Positions 8,362 to 17,429 of a stretch of DNA of 64,000 bases are shown here, piece by piece. The notes beneath the pieces are model-generated. The model made no database searches, was not told where the DNA came from, and was given only the letters and a program-made list of their open reading frames with translations. Each line of letters begins with the position of its first letter. Position 1 is the stretch's first letter. The position numbers and the translations under genes were made by a program. The DNA is from Acidimicrobiia bacterium (GTDB lineage: Bacteria > Actinomycetota > Acidimicrobiia > Spongiisociales > UBA11373), in NCBI GenBank assembly GCA_041572755.1, contig JBFFRY010000010.1:2269-66268 (forward strand). The letters run 5' to 3'.

Positions 8362-10289
8362 AGCAGCGCCAGTTCCTCGAAGTGGTCGACGAGGCTGTTG
8401 CCCGCCGGCGCTTCGCGGCGGCATGCGCCCACCTGGAACCCCGGGTCGAGATGGCCTCGCTGGAAGCCGGTCTCGGGCGGGTCCTCGCCGGGGATGTGGT
8501 TGCTTCCGTCGATGTGACGCCGTTCGATCGGAGCAACGTCGACGGCTTTGCGGTGCGGGCCGCCGACACCTTTGGGGCCGAGGAGCTCAATCCGGTCACG
8601 CTGCATGTCGCCGACTGGTCGCTGGCCGCCGGGGACGCTCCCCCCGAGGGGCGGGACGTGAGTGCCGGCGAGGCGGTCGCCATCGCCACCGGGGCGGTGG
8701 TGCCGCGAGGGGCGGATGCCGTGGTGATGGTGGAGCACACCGAGTTGCAGGCCGAGGGTCTCCGGGTGCTGCGCCCGGTGGTGCCGGGGGACAACGTCAC
8801 GTTCGCCGGATCCGACATCGGCCGCGGAGAGGTGGTGGTGCGCCGCGGCGTCCGGCTCACCTCCCGGGAGACCGGGGTGCTGGCGGCAGTCGGGGCCTCG
8901 GAGGTCGGGGTGTATGCCCGTCCCCGGGTGGCGGTGGTGTCGACCGGCGACGAGATCGTCGCTCCGGGCCGGCCGCTCGAAATGGGTCACATCTACGACA
9001 GCAACCAGCGGATCCTGCTCGATGCGGTGGCCGAATTGGGATGCCAGCCGGTCGCCAAGGGGATCGTCCCCGACGACGAGCGGTTGCTCGAAGCCACCAT
9101 CGGCCCGCTGGTGGAGGGTCCCGACGCCGTCGACGTGGTGCTGTTGTCGGGGGGGACCTCGAAGGGCGAGGGTGATCTCAACGCCACCGTGGTGCACCGC
9201 CTCGCCGAACGTCATCCCGACTCCCCGGGGGTGGTGGTGCACGGGGTGGCCCTCAAGCCGGGCAAGCCGATCATGCTGGCGGTGGTGGCCGGGACCCCGT
9301 TGGTGGTGCTCCCCGGCTTCCCCACTTCGGCGATCTTCACGTTCTGGGAGTTCGTGGCACCGCTGCTGCGGCGCCTCTCGGGAGTGAGCGGCCGGGAGGC
9401 GGCCACGGTGAAGGCGGTGGCGCCGCTCCGGATCGCCTCGGTGCCGGGCCGTACCGAGTACTCACTGGTCGACCTCGTCGAGGGCCCGGAGGGCCTCGCC
9501 GCCTATCCGCTCGGAGCCGGCTCGGGAAGCGTGACCGCCCTGGGTCGGGCCGACGGTTTCGTACGCATTCCGGCCTCGGTCGAGTACCTCGAGACGGGCA
9601 CGACGGTCGAGGTGCGGCTCCTCAACCCGTCCGTCGAGCCGGCCGACCTGGTGGCCATCGGTAGCCACTGCATCGGGCTCGACCACCTGTTGGGGCTCCT
9701 CGCCGACCGGGGATACCGGGTCAAGATGATCCCGGTGGGCTCCACCGCCGGGCTGGCGGCGCTGGCCCGGGGCGAGGGCGACGTCGCCGGGGTTCACCTG
9801 CTCGATCCGGGGTCGGGGGAGTACAACACGCCGTTCCTCCCCGAAGGGGTGGCGATCATCGGTGGCTACGGGCGGCGTCAAGTGATCGCCCACCGGGCCG
9901 AGCACACCGGGCTCGGGGACACCCCGGAGGCGTTCCTCGAGGCGGCGAGCGAAAGGGATCTGCGGATGGTGAACCGCAACCCCGGCAGCGGCACCAGGGT
10001 GCTGATCGACGGGCTCCTCGGCGAGCACCGGCCCGACGGGTATCTGCACCAGGCCAAGACCCACCACGCGGTGGCCGCCGTCGTCGCCCAGGGCCGGGCC
10101 GACTGGGGGATCACTCTCGACACCGTGGCGGCCGGTGTCGACCTGCAGGCCATTCCGGTCGCCGATGAGCGCTACGACCTGGCGGTGGCCGAAACCCGGC
10201 GAGAGCGCCCGGCGGTGGCGGCGCTGGCGGAGCTGCTGGCCGATGCTGCGGTGCGGGAGGCGCTGGCCGGTCTCGGGTTCGTCTCCTAG
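8358..10289 (+). CDS. moeA: MoeA fused to a C-terminal periplasmic-binding-protein (LysR substrate-binding-like) domain
   Basis: GTG overlaps the upstream TGA. Motifs PFDRSNVDGFAV, STGDEI, SGGTSKG, LPGFPTSA, then PBP motifs GSHCIGLD, GSTAGL, AGVHLLD and NRNPGSGTR. Confidence 0.9.
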   Translation: MKQRQFLEVVDEAVARRRFAAACAHLEPRVEMASLEAGLGRVLAGDVVASVDVTPFDRSNVDGFAVRAADTFGAEELNPVTLHVADWSLAAGDAPPEGRDVSAGEAVAIATGAVVPRGADAVVMVEHTELQAEGLRVLRPVVPGDNVTFAGSDIGRGEVVVRRGVRLTSRETGVLAAVGASEVGVYARPRVAVVSTGDEIVAPGRPLEMGHIYDSNQRILLDAVAELGCQPVAKGIVPDDERLLEATIGPLVEGPDAVDVVLLSGGTSKGEGDLNATVVHRLAERHPDSPGVVVHGVALKPGKPIMLAVVAGTPLVVLPGFPTSAIFTFWEFVAPLLRRLSGVSGREAATVKAVAPLRIASVPGRTEYSLVDLVEGPEGLAAYPLGAGSGSVTALGRADGFVRIPASVEYLETGTTVEVRLLNPSVEPADLVAIGSHCIGLDHLLGLLADRGYRVKMIPVGSTAGLAALARGEGDVAGVHLLDPGSGEYNTPFLPEGVAIIGGYGRRQVIAHRAEHTGLGDTPEAFLEAASERDLRMVNRNPGSGTRVLIDGLLGEHRPDGYLHQAKTHHAVAAVVAQGRADWGITLDTVAAGVDLQAIPVADERYDLAVAETRRERPAVAALAELLADAAVREALAGLGFVS

Positions 10290-12103
10290 AGGAACCCCGC
10301 CGTCCGGGCCCGCTCATCGAGCGCGGCCATCACCTTCTCCCGCATCTCGATGAAGAACTCCGCCGAGGTGAGGTAGGGGAGGTCGATGTTGGGGTTGGGC
10401 TCGTAGGCGAGGGCGGGCAGAACGTAGTCGGCCTCGGTGAACCCCCGACGGCGCTCCACGGCGTAGCCGCGTAGGAAGGTGCGGGCCACGGTGTCCCGGA
10501 GCTGCTCGGTGGTGATGTCCAACTCGGTGGCGGTGCGCACGGCCCGGGCCGCCCATTGGTCGTCGATGTTGGCGAACTTGCACAGACCCAACAGGTCGTC
10601 GCGCAAGTAGAGCGGTCCCCGATTGGTGGTGGCATCGACCCAGTAGTCGATGCCCGTCTCCCGTTCGATCACCAGCAGGAAGAAGGTGCGCATCGACATG
10701 TGACCCCCGGCCAGTGCCCACGGATAGGCCGGATTGGTCTGCGGCAGGTAGGCGGGGTACTCGAGGCCCTTGCCGTGCATGGCGTAGGCGTCGTCGCCGG
10801 TCTGATCCGCCAGCCGCATCACCCCCCGGCCCACCTCGGGCAGCCGGCCTCGAGCCACCGTCTCGATCGCCGCTGTGGTGGCGGCGACATCTCCGAAGGC
10901 GAGCCCGTCGACGATCGGGTCGTCGGGGTGGCGGCGGTTGTGGTCCATCACGTAACCGAGGGTGACGCCCAGCGAGATCGAGTCCATGCCCAGCTCATCG
11001 GTCAGCTCGATGAGGTCCAGGGCGGCATCGATGTCGAAGATCCCCAGGTTGGAGGACAGCAGCGTGATCGGCTCGTAGTCCACTTTGGCCCGGAACGGCC
11101 CGGCCTGCCCGTCGACCTCGCTGTGGACGTTCTTGTGGCATTTGATGCCGCACAGGTGGCAACCCTCGGCCTTGACGACGTAGGGCCCTTCCTCCACGGC
11201 CGGGCGGAGCAGGGGCACGGAGACCTCGGTGCCGGTGGGGGCGAAGTTGAACTCGGGGAGGCTTCCCGCCTCCCGCATCATCTTCATGGTGCGCCACGTC
11301 CCACCCCGATCGTGGGGGAGGTCGCGGTAGCGGGCGCTCCCCTCCCCGAGGTTGATCTCCTTGTTGACCTCCTTGAGGCCTCGGGCCCGCACGGCCGGGT
11401 CGGGGCCGTCGGCGGCGATGGCCCACAGGTTCTTGGAGCCCATGACGCCGCCGTAGCCGCCCCGCCCGCAGAAGCGGGACTTGGGATCGCCGCTCTCCAG
11501 CTGGTTGTCGGTCGACAGCGCGATGGCGGCGTACCGAACGGCCTCCCAGTGCTCACCGGCCGGGCCGATCACCGCGAAGTGGGCCCCGGGATACCGGGCG
11601 TGGAGATCCTGGATCCGGTCGTTGACGCGGCGGCCCTCCAAGTCGCCGGCGTCGAGGAAGTCGAAGGCGGCGGGCCCCCCGGGGCCTTCCGGGTCGCCGG
11701 CCGGGGTGAGATGCAGCAGGGTGGGGCGGGGGGCCCTTCCGGTGAAGACGACGTCGTCGATGCCGAGGGCCCGCAGCTTGGTGCCGAAGTGGCCGCTGCC
11801 GCTGGACCACATCAGCCCCGGTGCTCCCGACCGGGAGGTCTTGAGGGGCGAGTAACCGTGGAAGAAGACCCGCAGGCCGGTCATCACCCGGGTCCCCGAC
11901 AGCATCCCCAGGTTCATCATCAGCGGCGACTCGGGAGCGTAGGGATCGGCGACATCGAACTCGGCGAGGTACTTGGTGGCTCGGGCGATGCCGCCGAGGA
12001 CGTCCTCGAAGTCACGGCAGGGCAGGCGCTCGAAACGGACGGCGCCCCTGGCCAGATCGACGTGGTAGCGGTTGAAGCTGAAGTCGGTGGCCGGCCGTGT
12101 CAT
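10286..12103 (-). CDS. Second, divergent aldehyde:ferredoxin oxidoreductase family protein (AOR 2)
   Basis: YSPLK, GRGGYGGVMGSKNL, CHLCGIKC, DYEP, DELGMDSISLG, GLCKF. ATG 12103 lies 6 nt after CATAAT. Confidence 0.88.
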   Translation of the reverse strand: MTRPATDFSFNRYHVDLARGAVRFERLPCRDFEDVLGGIARATKYLAEFDVADPYAPESPLMMNLGMLSGTRVMTGLRVFFHGYSPLKTSRSGAPGLMWSSGSGHFGTKLRALGIDDVVFTGRAPRPTLLHLTPAGDPEGPGGPAAFDFLDAGDLEGRRVNDRIQDLHARYPGAHFAVIGPAGEHWEAVRYAAIALSTDNQLESGDPKSRFCGRGGYGGVMGSKNLWAIAADGPDPAVRARGLKEVNKEINLGEGSARYRDLPHDRGGTWRTMKMMREAGSLPEFNFAPTGTEVSVPLLRPAVEEGPYVVKAEGCHLCGIKCHKNVHSEVDGQAGPFRAKVDYEPITLLSSNLGIFDIDAALDLIELTDELGMDSISLGVTLGYVMDHNRRHPDDPIVDGLAFGDVAATTAAIETVARGRLPEVGRGVMRLADQTGDDAYAMHGKGLEYPAYLPQTNPAYPWALAGGHMSMRTFFLLVIERETGIDYWVDATTNRGPLYLRDDLLGLCKFANIDDQWAARAVRTATELDITTEQLRDTVARTFLRGYAVERRRGFTEADYVLPALAYEPNPNIDLPYLTSAEFFIEMREKVMAALDERARTAGFL

Positions 12104-12173
12104 GGCCCGATTATGGCCGTCGGCCGGCGGCGCCCGAAGCGGCGTCGCGGGGGGCGTTACAGTCGAGCCATCC

Positions 12174-13292
12174 ATGAGCGTCATCGAGCGGGTCGAGGCG
12201 AGAGCGGTGCGGGTGCCCGTGGAGCGCCCGGTCTCGATGGCGAACCGCACCTTCTCGGGTCGGGACTTCCTTCTGGTGCGGGTCCACGCCTCGGGGGCCG
12301 CCGGGCTCGGATTCGCCTACATCGGTCACGCCGGGGCCCGGCTCGCCGCCGCCGCCGTGCGGGAACTGTTGGCCCCCCTGGTGGTGAGCGCCGACCGCGG
12401 GGACGGCGAGGGGATCTGGGATCGCATGTTCCGGGCCACGTTGCTGCACGGTCGGGCCGGGGTGGTGATGCGGGCCCTCAGTGCCGTCGACATCGCACTG
12501 TGGGAACTCAACGCCCGGATCGAGGGAGTTCCGCTCTCCGAGGCCTTGGGCGGCCGCAAGGCGGAGACGGTGCCCTGCTACGCCTCCGGGGGCTACTACG
12601 CCGCCGGCAGGACCCTCGACGATCTGGCGGCCGAGGTGTCCGGGTACCTCGAGGCCGGCTATCGGGCGGTCAAGATCAAGGTGGGGCGTCTCTCGCCGAG
12701 TGAAGACGGGGCTCGCATTGCCGCCTGTCGGGAGGCGATCGGGCCCGACGTCCCGCTGTTGTTGGATGCCAACAACGCCTGGGAGTCGGTGTCGCAGGCC
12801 GTGGAACACCTGCGGGCCTGGGAGCGTCACGATCCCTATTGGATCGAGGAACCGTTCCTCCCCGACGACCTGGCGTCGCTCATCCCGCTGGCCCGATCCA
12901 CGCCGATCCCGATCGCCACCGGCGAGATCGGCTCGACCCGATGGCATTTCCGGGATCTGATGGAGACCGGGGCGGTCTCGTTCGTCAACCCCGACGCTCC
13001 GGTGCTTGGGGGACTCACCGAGTACCGCCGAGTCGACGAGATGGCGGCGTCGTACGGGGTCACCGTGTGCCCCCACTGGTTCGACACCCTTCACGTCCAC
13101 ACCGTGGCGGCCTCGGCGGCGGCCCACATGGTGGAGGTGTTCCCCGACGACGAGGTCTTCAACTTCCGGCGCCTCGTGGATGCCGGGCCGGAACTGCTCG
13201 ACGGGGAGCTGAAGGTACCGGCCGGACCGGGGCTCGGAGTCGACCTCGACCTCGAGGCCGTGGAGCGGTACGCCCTGGAACGTTGGGCATGA
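12174..13292 (+). CDS. Mandelate racemase/muconate lactonizing enzyme family protein
   Basis: SAVDIALW, YASGGYY, KIKVG, LDANNAW, WIEEP, ATGE, PHW, PGLG. Confidence 0.9.
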   Translation: MSVIERVEARAVRVPVERPVSMANRTFSGRDFLLVRVHASGAAGLGFAYIGHAGARLAAAAVRELLAPLVVSADRGDGEGIWDRMFRATLLHGRAGVVMRALSAVDIALWELNARIEGVPLSEALGGRKAETVPCYASGGYYAAGRTLDDLAAEVSGYLEAGYRAVKIKVGRLSPSEDGARIAACREAIGPDVPLLLDANNAWESVSQAVEHLRAWERHDPYWIEEPFLPDDLASLIPLARSTPIPIATGEIGSTRWHFRDLMETGAVSFVNPDAPVLGGLTEYRRVDEMAASYGVTVCPHWFDTLHVHTVAASAAAHMVEVFPDDEVFNFRRLVDAGPELLDGELKVPAGPGLGVDLDLEAVERYALERWA

Positions 13293-14491
13293 CGCAGCGG
13301 GTCGACGTGGTGGTGGTCGGCGGGGGCATCGTCGGCCTGGCCACCGCCCGGGCGCTGCTGGGCAACCGCAACACCCCTTCGATCGTGGTGGTCGAGAAGG
13401 AGACCGAACTGGGGACTCACCAGACGGGCCGCAACAGCGGGGTCCTCCATTCGGGCCTGTACTACCGACCCGGGTCGCTCAAGGCCCGGCTCTGTGTGGA
13501 GGGGCGGCGGCGCATGGCCGATTTCTGCCGGACCGAGGGGCTTCCCTATCGGGAGAGCGGCAAGGTGGTGGTGGCTGCCACCGAGGCCCAGCTCCCGGCG
13601 CTCGAGGAACTGGCCCAACGGGGCGAGGCCAACGGCCTGCAGGGCATCGAACGGCTCGGTCGCGCCGGCATCCGAGATCACGAGCCGCACGCCTCCGGTG
13701 TCGGTGGCCTCTTCGTGCCGGAAACCGGGTACGTCGACTTCGGAGCGGTGGCGGCCCGTTTCGCCCACCATCTGAAGTCGGGCGGCGTCCCGGTGGCGAC
13801 CGGCTCTCCGGTTTCGTCCGTCGAGATCACCGGAACCGGCTGCGTGGTGCACGGTGCCGATGAGCGGATCGAGGCGCGGTTGCTGATCAACTGCGCCGGA
13901 CTCCATGCCGACACGCTGGCCCGGATGACCGGGCACACGCCCCCGGTGCGGATCATCCCGTTTCGGGGCGAGTACTTTCATCTCCGGCGACCGGAGCTGG
14001 TGGCTTCGGCGATCTACCCGGTCCCCGATCCCCGCTTCCCCTTTCTCGGAGTTCACTTCACTCGGCGGGTCGACGGCACCGTGGAAGTGGGGCCCAACGC
14101 GGTGCTCGCCTGGGGCCGGGAGCACTATCGGGGAGCCCGTCCCCGGCCCCGTGAGGCGTGGTGGACCCTGCGCTACCCGGGGTTCTGGCGCATGGCGGCC
14201 CGCTACTGGCGAACCGGCCTCACCGAACTGGCCGGGTCGTGGAGTCCGGCCCGCTATGCCCGGCGGGCCCGGGCGCTCGTGCCCGGCATCCGTCGCCAGG
14301 ACCTCGTACGGGGCGGCTCGGGTGTGCGAGCCCAGGCGGTGCGGCCCGACGGCACCCTCGCCGACGATTTCGTGATCCTCGAGAACGGGCCCTTCCTCCA
14401 CGTGCTCAACGCACCCTCACCGGCGGCCACCGCCGCTCTCGAGATCGGGGATCACCTGGCCGGGTTGGCCGTCGACCGGCTCGGCGGCTGA
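13289..14491 (+). CDS. lhgO: L-2-hydroxyglutarate oxidase (FAD-dependent)
   Basis: VVGGGIVGLATA, HQTGRNSGVLHSGLYYRPGSLKA, PFRGEY, PVPDPRFPFLGVHFT, GVRAQA, NAPSPAATA. Confidence 0.9.
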   Translation: MTQRVDVVVVGGGIVGLATARALLGNRNTPSIVVVEKETELGTHQTGRNSGVLHSGLYYRPGSLKARLCVEGRRRMADFCRTEGLPYRESGKVVVAATEAQLPALEELAQRGEANGLQGIERLGRAGIRDHEPHASGVGGLFVPETGYVDFGAVAARFAHHLKSGGVPVATGSPVSSVEITGTGCVVHGADERIEARLLINCAGLHADTLARMTGHTPPVRIIPFRGEYFHLRRPELVASAIYPVPDPRFPFLGVHFTRRVDGTVEVGPNAVLAWGREHYRGARPRPREAWWTLRYPGFWRMAARYWRTGLTELAGSWSPARYARRARALVPGIRRQDLVRGGSGVRAQAVRPDGTLADDFVILENGPFLHVLNAPSPAATAALEIGDHLAGLAVDRLGG

Positions 14492-14535
14492 TCCCGGGCC
14501 TAACATCGACCAAACCCGCGGGCCCGGAGGCTGCA

Positions 14536-15825
14536 GTGACCACCAATCGCAAACTGCTCGATCGGCGGAGGCGCGTGTCGCCGTCGTGGATGATCTCCTA
14601 CCACGAGGACCCGATCGCCATCGAGCGCGGCGAGGGGCGCCACGTGTGGGATGTCGAGGGAAACCGCTACCTGGACTTCTTCGGGGGGATCCTCACCACC
14701 ATGGTCGGGTACGGGATTCCCGAGATCACCGAGGCGATCCAGCGGCAAGCCGCCAAGGTGGTCCACACCTCGACCCTGTACCTCAACGAACCGGCGATCG
14801 ACCTGGCCGAAAAGGTCGCCGAGGTCTCGGGTATCCCCGACGCCAGAGTCTTCTTCACGACATCGGGCACCGAGGCCACCGATGCGGCACTGCTGCTGGC
14901 CACCAGCTACCGCCGCTCCAACCAGGTGCTGGCGATGCGCAACTCCTATCACGGGCGTTCCTTCACTGCGGTGGCGGTGACGAGCCACCGCTCCTGGTCG
15001 CCCACGTCGTACACCGGGATCAACGTGAACTACGTCCACGGCGCCTACCCGCTGCGCAGCCCGTTCCACGGCCTGGATCCCGACGCCTACGTCGAAGCGT
15101 CGCTGGAGGACCTGCGGCAGGTGATCGACATGATGACGTCGGGCGACGTCGCCTGCCTGCTGGCCGAGCCGATCCAGGGTGTCGGCGGCTGCTCGCTGCC
15201 GCCCGACGGCCTGTACGGGGCGATGGAGAAGATCCTCGACGACTACGGGATCCTCTTCATCTCCGATGAGGTGCAGACCGGGTGGGGGAGGACCGGCGAG
15301 AACTTCTGGGGCTACGAGGCGCACGGCGTGACGCCCGACATCATGACGTTCGCCAAGGGTGTCGGGAACGGGGTGAGCATGGGTGGGGTGGTGGCCCGGG
15401 CCGAGATCATGGACTCGCTCGGGGCCAACTCCATCTCGACGTTCGGTGGGAATCCACTGTCGGCGGCGGCCGCCGTCGCCACCCTCGACTACGTGCTGGA
15501 GCACGATCTGCAGGGCAACGCGTTGCGCATGGGGCGGCGGTTCCAAGAGGGCCTGGGGCCGGTGGTGGAAGCGGCCCCGTGGATCGCCGAGATGCGGGGC
15601 AAGGGCCTGATGCTGGCCCTGGAGACCACCCAGCCCGGATCCCTGGACCCGTCGCCGGAACGGACTGCCCGGCTCCACGAGGGCTGCAAGAAGGCCGGGC
15701 TGCTCACCGGCAAGGGCGGTCTCTACGGCAACGTGCTGCGGATCACCCCGCCCCTCACGGTCACCGCCGCCGAGATCGACGAGGCGGTGGCGGTGATGAG
15801 CGAGGTGATCGAGGGGATCGAGTAG
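14536..15825 (+). CDS. Class III PLP aminotransferase (AGXT2/beta-alanine-type)
   Basis: YLDFFGGILT, SGTEATD, SYHGRS, DEVQTGWGRTG, FAKG, STFGGNP. GGAGG RBS precedes the GTG. Confidence 0.88.
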   Translation: MTTNRKLLDRRRRVSPSWMISYHEDPIAIERGEGRHVWDVEGNRYLDFFGGILTTMVGYGIPEITEAIQRQAAKVVHTSTLYLNEPAIDLAEKVAEVSGIPDARVFFTTSGTEATDAALLLATSYRRSNQVLAMRNSYHGRSFTAVAVTSHRSWSPTSYTGINVNYVHGAYPLRSPFHGLDPDAYVEASLEDLRQVIDMMTSGDVACLLAEPIQGVGGCSLPPDGLYGAMEKILDDYGILFISDEVQTGWGRTGENFWGYEAHGVTPDIMTFAKGVGNGVSMGGVVARAEIMDSLGANSISTFGGNPLSAAAAVATLDYVLEHDLQGNALRMGRRFQEGLGPVVEAAPWIAEMRGKGLMLALETTQPGSLDPSPERTARLHEGCKKAGLLTGKGGLYGNVLRITPPLTVTAAEIDEAVAVMSEVIEGIE

Positions 15826-15833
15826 CAGGGCAG

Positions 15834-15870
15834 CCCGGCCCGAGTTCCCCCTCCCCGGCCCGAGTACGAT
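15834..15870 (+). promoter_or_regulatory. Direct repeat CCCGGCCCGAGT x2 (20-bp period) abutting a TACGAT -10 element upstream of mmsA
   Basis: Copies at 15834-15845 and 15854-15865; TACGAT at 15865-15870. Confidence 0.45.
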
Positions 15871-15914
15871 GCCGAAAACCTCTCGACCTGCGCAAAACGC
15901 GAGGAGGAACAGTC

Positions 15915-17429
15915 ATGGTGACGAGGCTCAAGCCGTTCATCGGCGGCGAGTGGCGGGAGTCCGCCACCGACACCTACATGCCGGTGACCAACAGCAGCAC
16001 CGGGGAGGTGATGGCCGAGGCGCCCCAGTGCACCATCGATGAGGTGAACGGCGCCGTCGAGGCGGCCGCGGCGGCCTTCCCGGCATGGCGGGACACCCCG
16101 GTGACCCAGCGGGTTCAGGTGATGTTCCGCCTCAAAGCGCTTCTCGAAGACCAGGTTCACGACCTGGCCGTGCTGCTCTCCACCGAGATGGGCAAGTCGT
16201 ACTCCGAGGCCCGGGGTGACGTGCTGAAGGCGATCGAGGTCGTCGAGCTGGCCTGTGCGGTACCGGTCACGATGATGGGCGACTCGCTCATGAACGTCTC
16301 CGACGGCTTCGACACCGTCACCTACCGGGAGCCCCTCGGGGTGTTCGCCGGGATCGCACCGTGGAACTTCCCGGCGATGATCCCCATGGGCTGGATGGCC
16401 CCTCTGGCGATCACCACCGGCAACACGTTCGTCCTCAAGGCGGCCAGCTTCGTGCCGCAGACCGCCATGCGGATCGCCGAGTTGTGGGAGGAGGCGGGGG
16501 TCCCGCCGGGGGTCCTCAACGTGGTGACCGCCTCCCGTCACGAGGCCGAGATCCTGCTGGAGCACCCCGATGTGAGGGGCGTCTCCTTCGTCGGCTCCGA
16601 GAAGGTCGGGCGCCACGTCTATGCCACTGCGGCTTCGCACGGCAAGCGGGTCCAGGCGCTCACCGAAGCCAAGAACCATGCCCTCATCATGCGGGATGCT
16701 CCGATCATCGCCACCGCCCAGCGGGTCATCAACTCGGCCTTCGGCTGCGCCGGGGAGCGGTGCATGGCGCTGCCGGCGATCGCCGTGGAGGAGCAGATCG
16801 CCGACGATCTCGTCGAGGCGATCGTCGAGCTGTCCGACCAGCGCAAGATGGGCCCCGCCTGGGAGGAGAGCACCGAGTTGGGTCCGCTGGTCAACGAGGA
16901 GCACCTCAACTTCGTCAGCGATTGGGTGGAGCGTTCGATGGCCGAAGGTGCCGTCATGGCTCGCGACGGCCGCAAGCCGGACGTCCCCGGCTACGAGAAC
17001 GGCTACTTCATGGGCCCGACGGTGTTCGACCACGTCACGCCCGACATGCGCTGCGGCTGGGAGGAGGTCTTCGGTCCCGTCCTGTATGTGAAGCGGGTCA
17101 AGTCTTTCGAGGAGGGCATCGAGACGATCAACAACAGCCGCTATGCCAACGGGGCGTCGATCTTCACCGAGAGCGGGCACTACGCCCGCGAGTTCGCCCG
17201 GCGGATCGATGCCGGCATGGTCGGCGTCAACGTGGGGATCCCGGTGCCGATCTCGGTGTTCCCCTTCTCGGGCCACAAGAACAGCTTCTTCGGCGACCTG
17301 CACGTCATGGGGCGCGACGGGGTGGCCTTCTTCACCGAGACCAAGGCGGTCACCTCCTACTGGTACAGCGAGGCCGACAAGGCCGGCGAGAAGGTGGGCA
17401 CCTGGGAGGGAACCATCACCCGGACGTGA
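15915..17429 (+). CDS. mmsA: CoA-acylating (methyl)malonate-semialdehyde dehydrogenase
   Basis: PWNFPAMIP, SFVGS, AKNH, SAFGCAGERCMA, EEVFGP, GVNVGIPVP, FFGDLH. Strong GAGGAGG RBS. Confidence 0.92.
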   Translation: MVTRLKPFIGGEWRESATDTYMPVTNSSTGEVMAEAPQCTIDEVNGAVEAAAAAFPAWRDTPVTQRVQVMFRLKALLEDQVHDLAVLLSTEMGKSYSEARGDVLKAIEVVELACAVPVTMMGDSLMNVSDGFDTVTYREPLGVFAGIAPWNFPAMIPMGWMAPLAITTGNTFVLKAASFVPQTAMRIAELWEEAGVPPGVLNVVTASRHEAEILLEHPDVRGVSFVGSEKVGRHVYATAASHGKRVQALTEAKNHALIMRDAPIIATAQRVINSAFGCAGERCMALPAIAVEEQIADDLVEAIVELSDQRKMGPAWEESTELGPLVNEEHLNFVSDWVERSMAEGAVMARDGRKPDVPGYENGYFMGPTVFDHVTPDMRCGWEEVFGPVLYVKRVKSFEEGIETINNSRYANGASIFTESGHYAREFARRIDAGMVGVNVGIPVPISVFPFSGHKNSFFGDLHVMGRDGVAFFTETKAVTSYWYSEADKAGEKVGTWEGTITRT

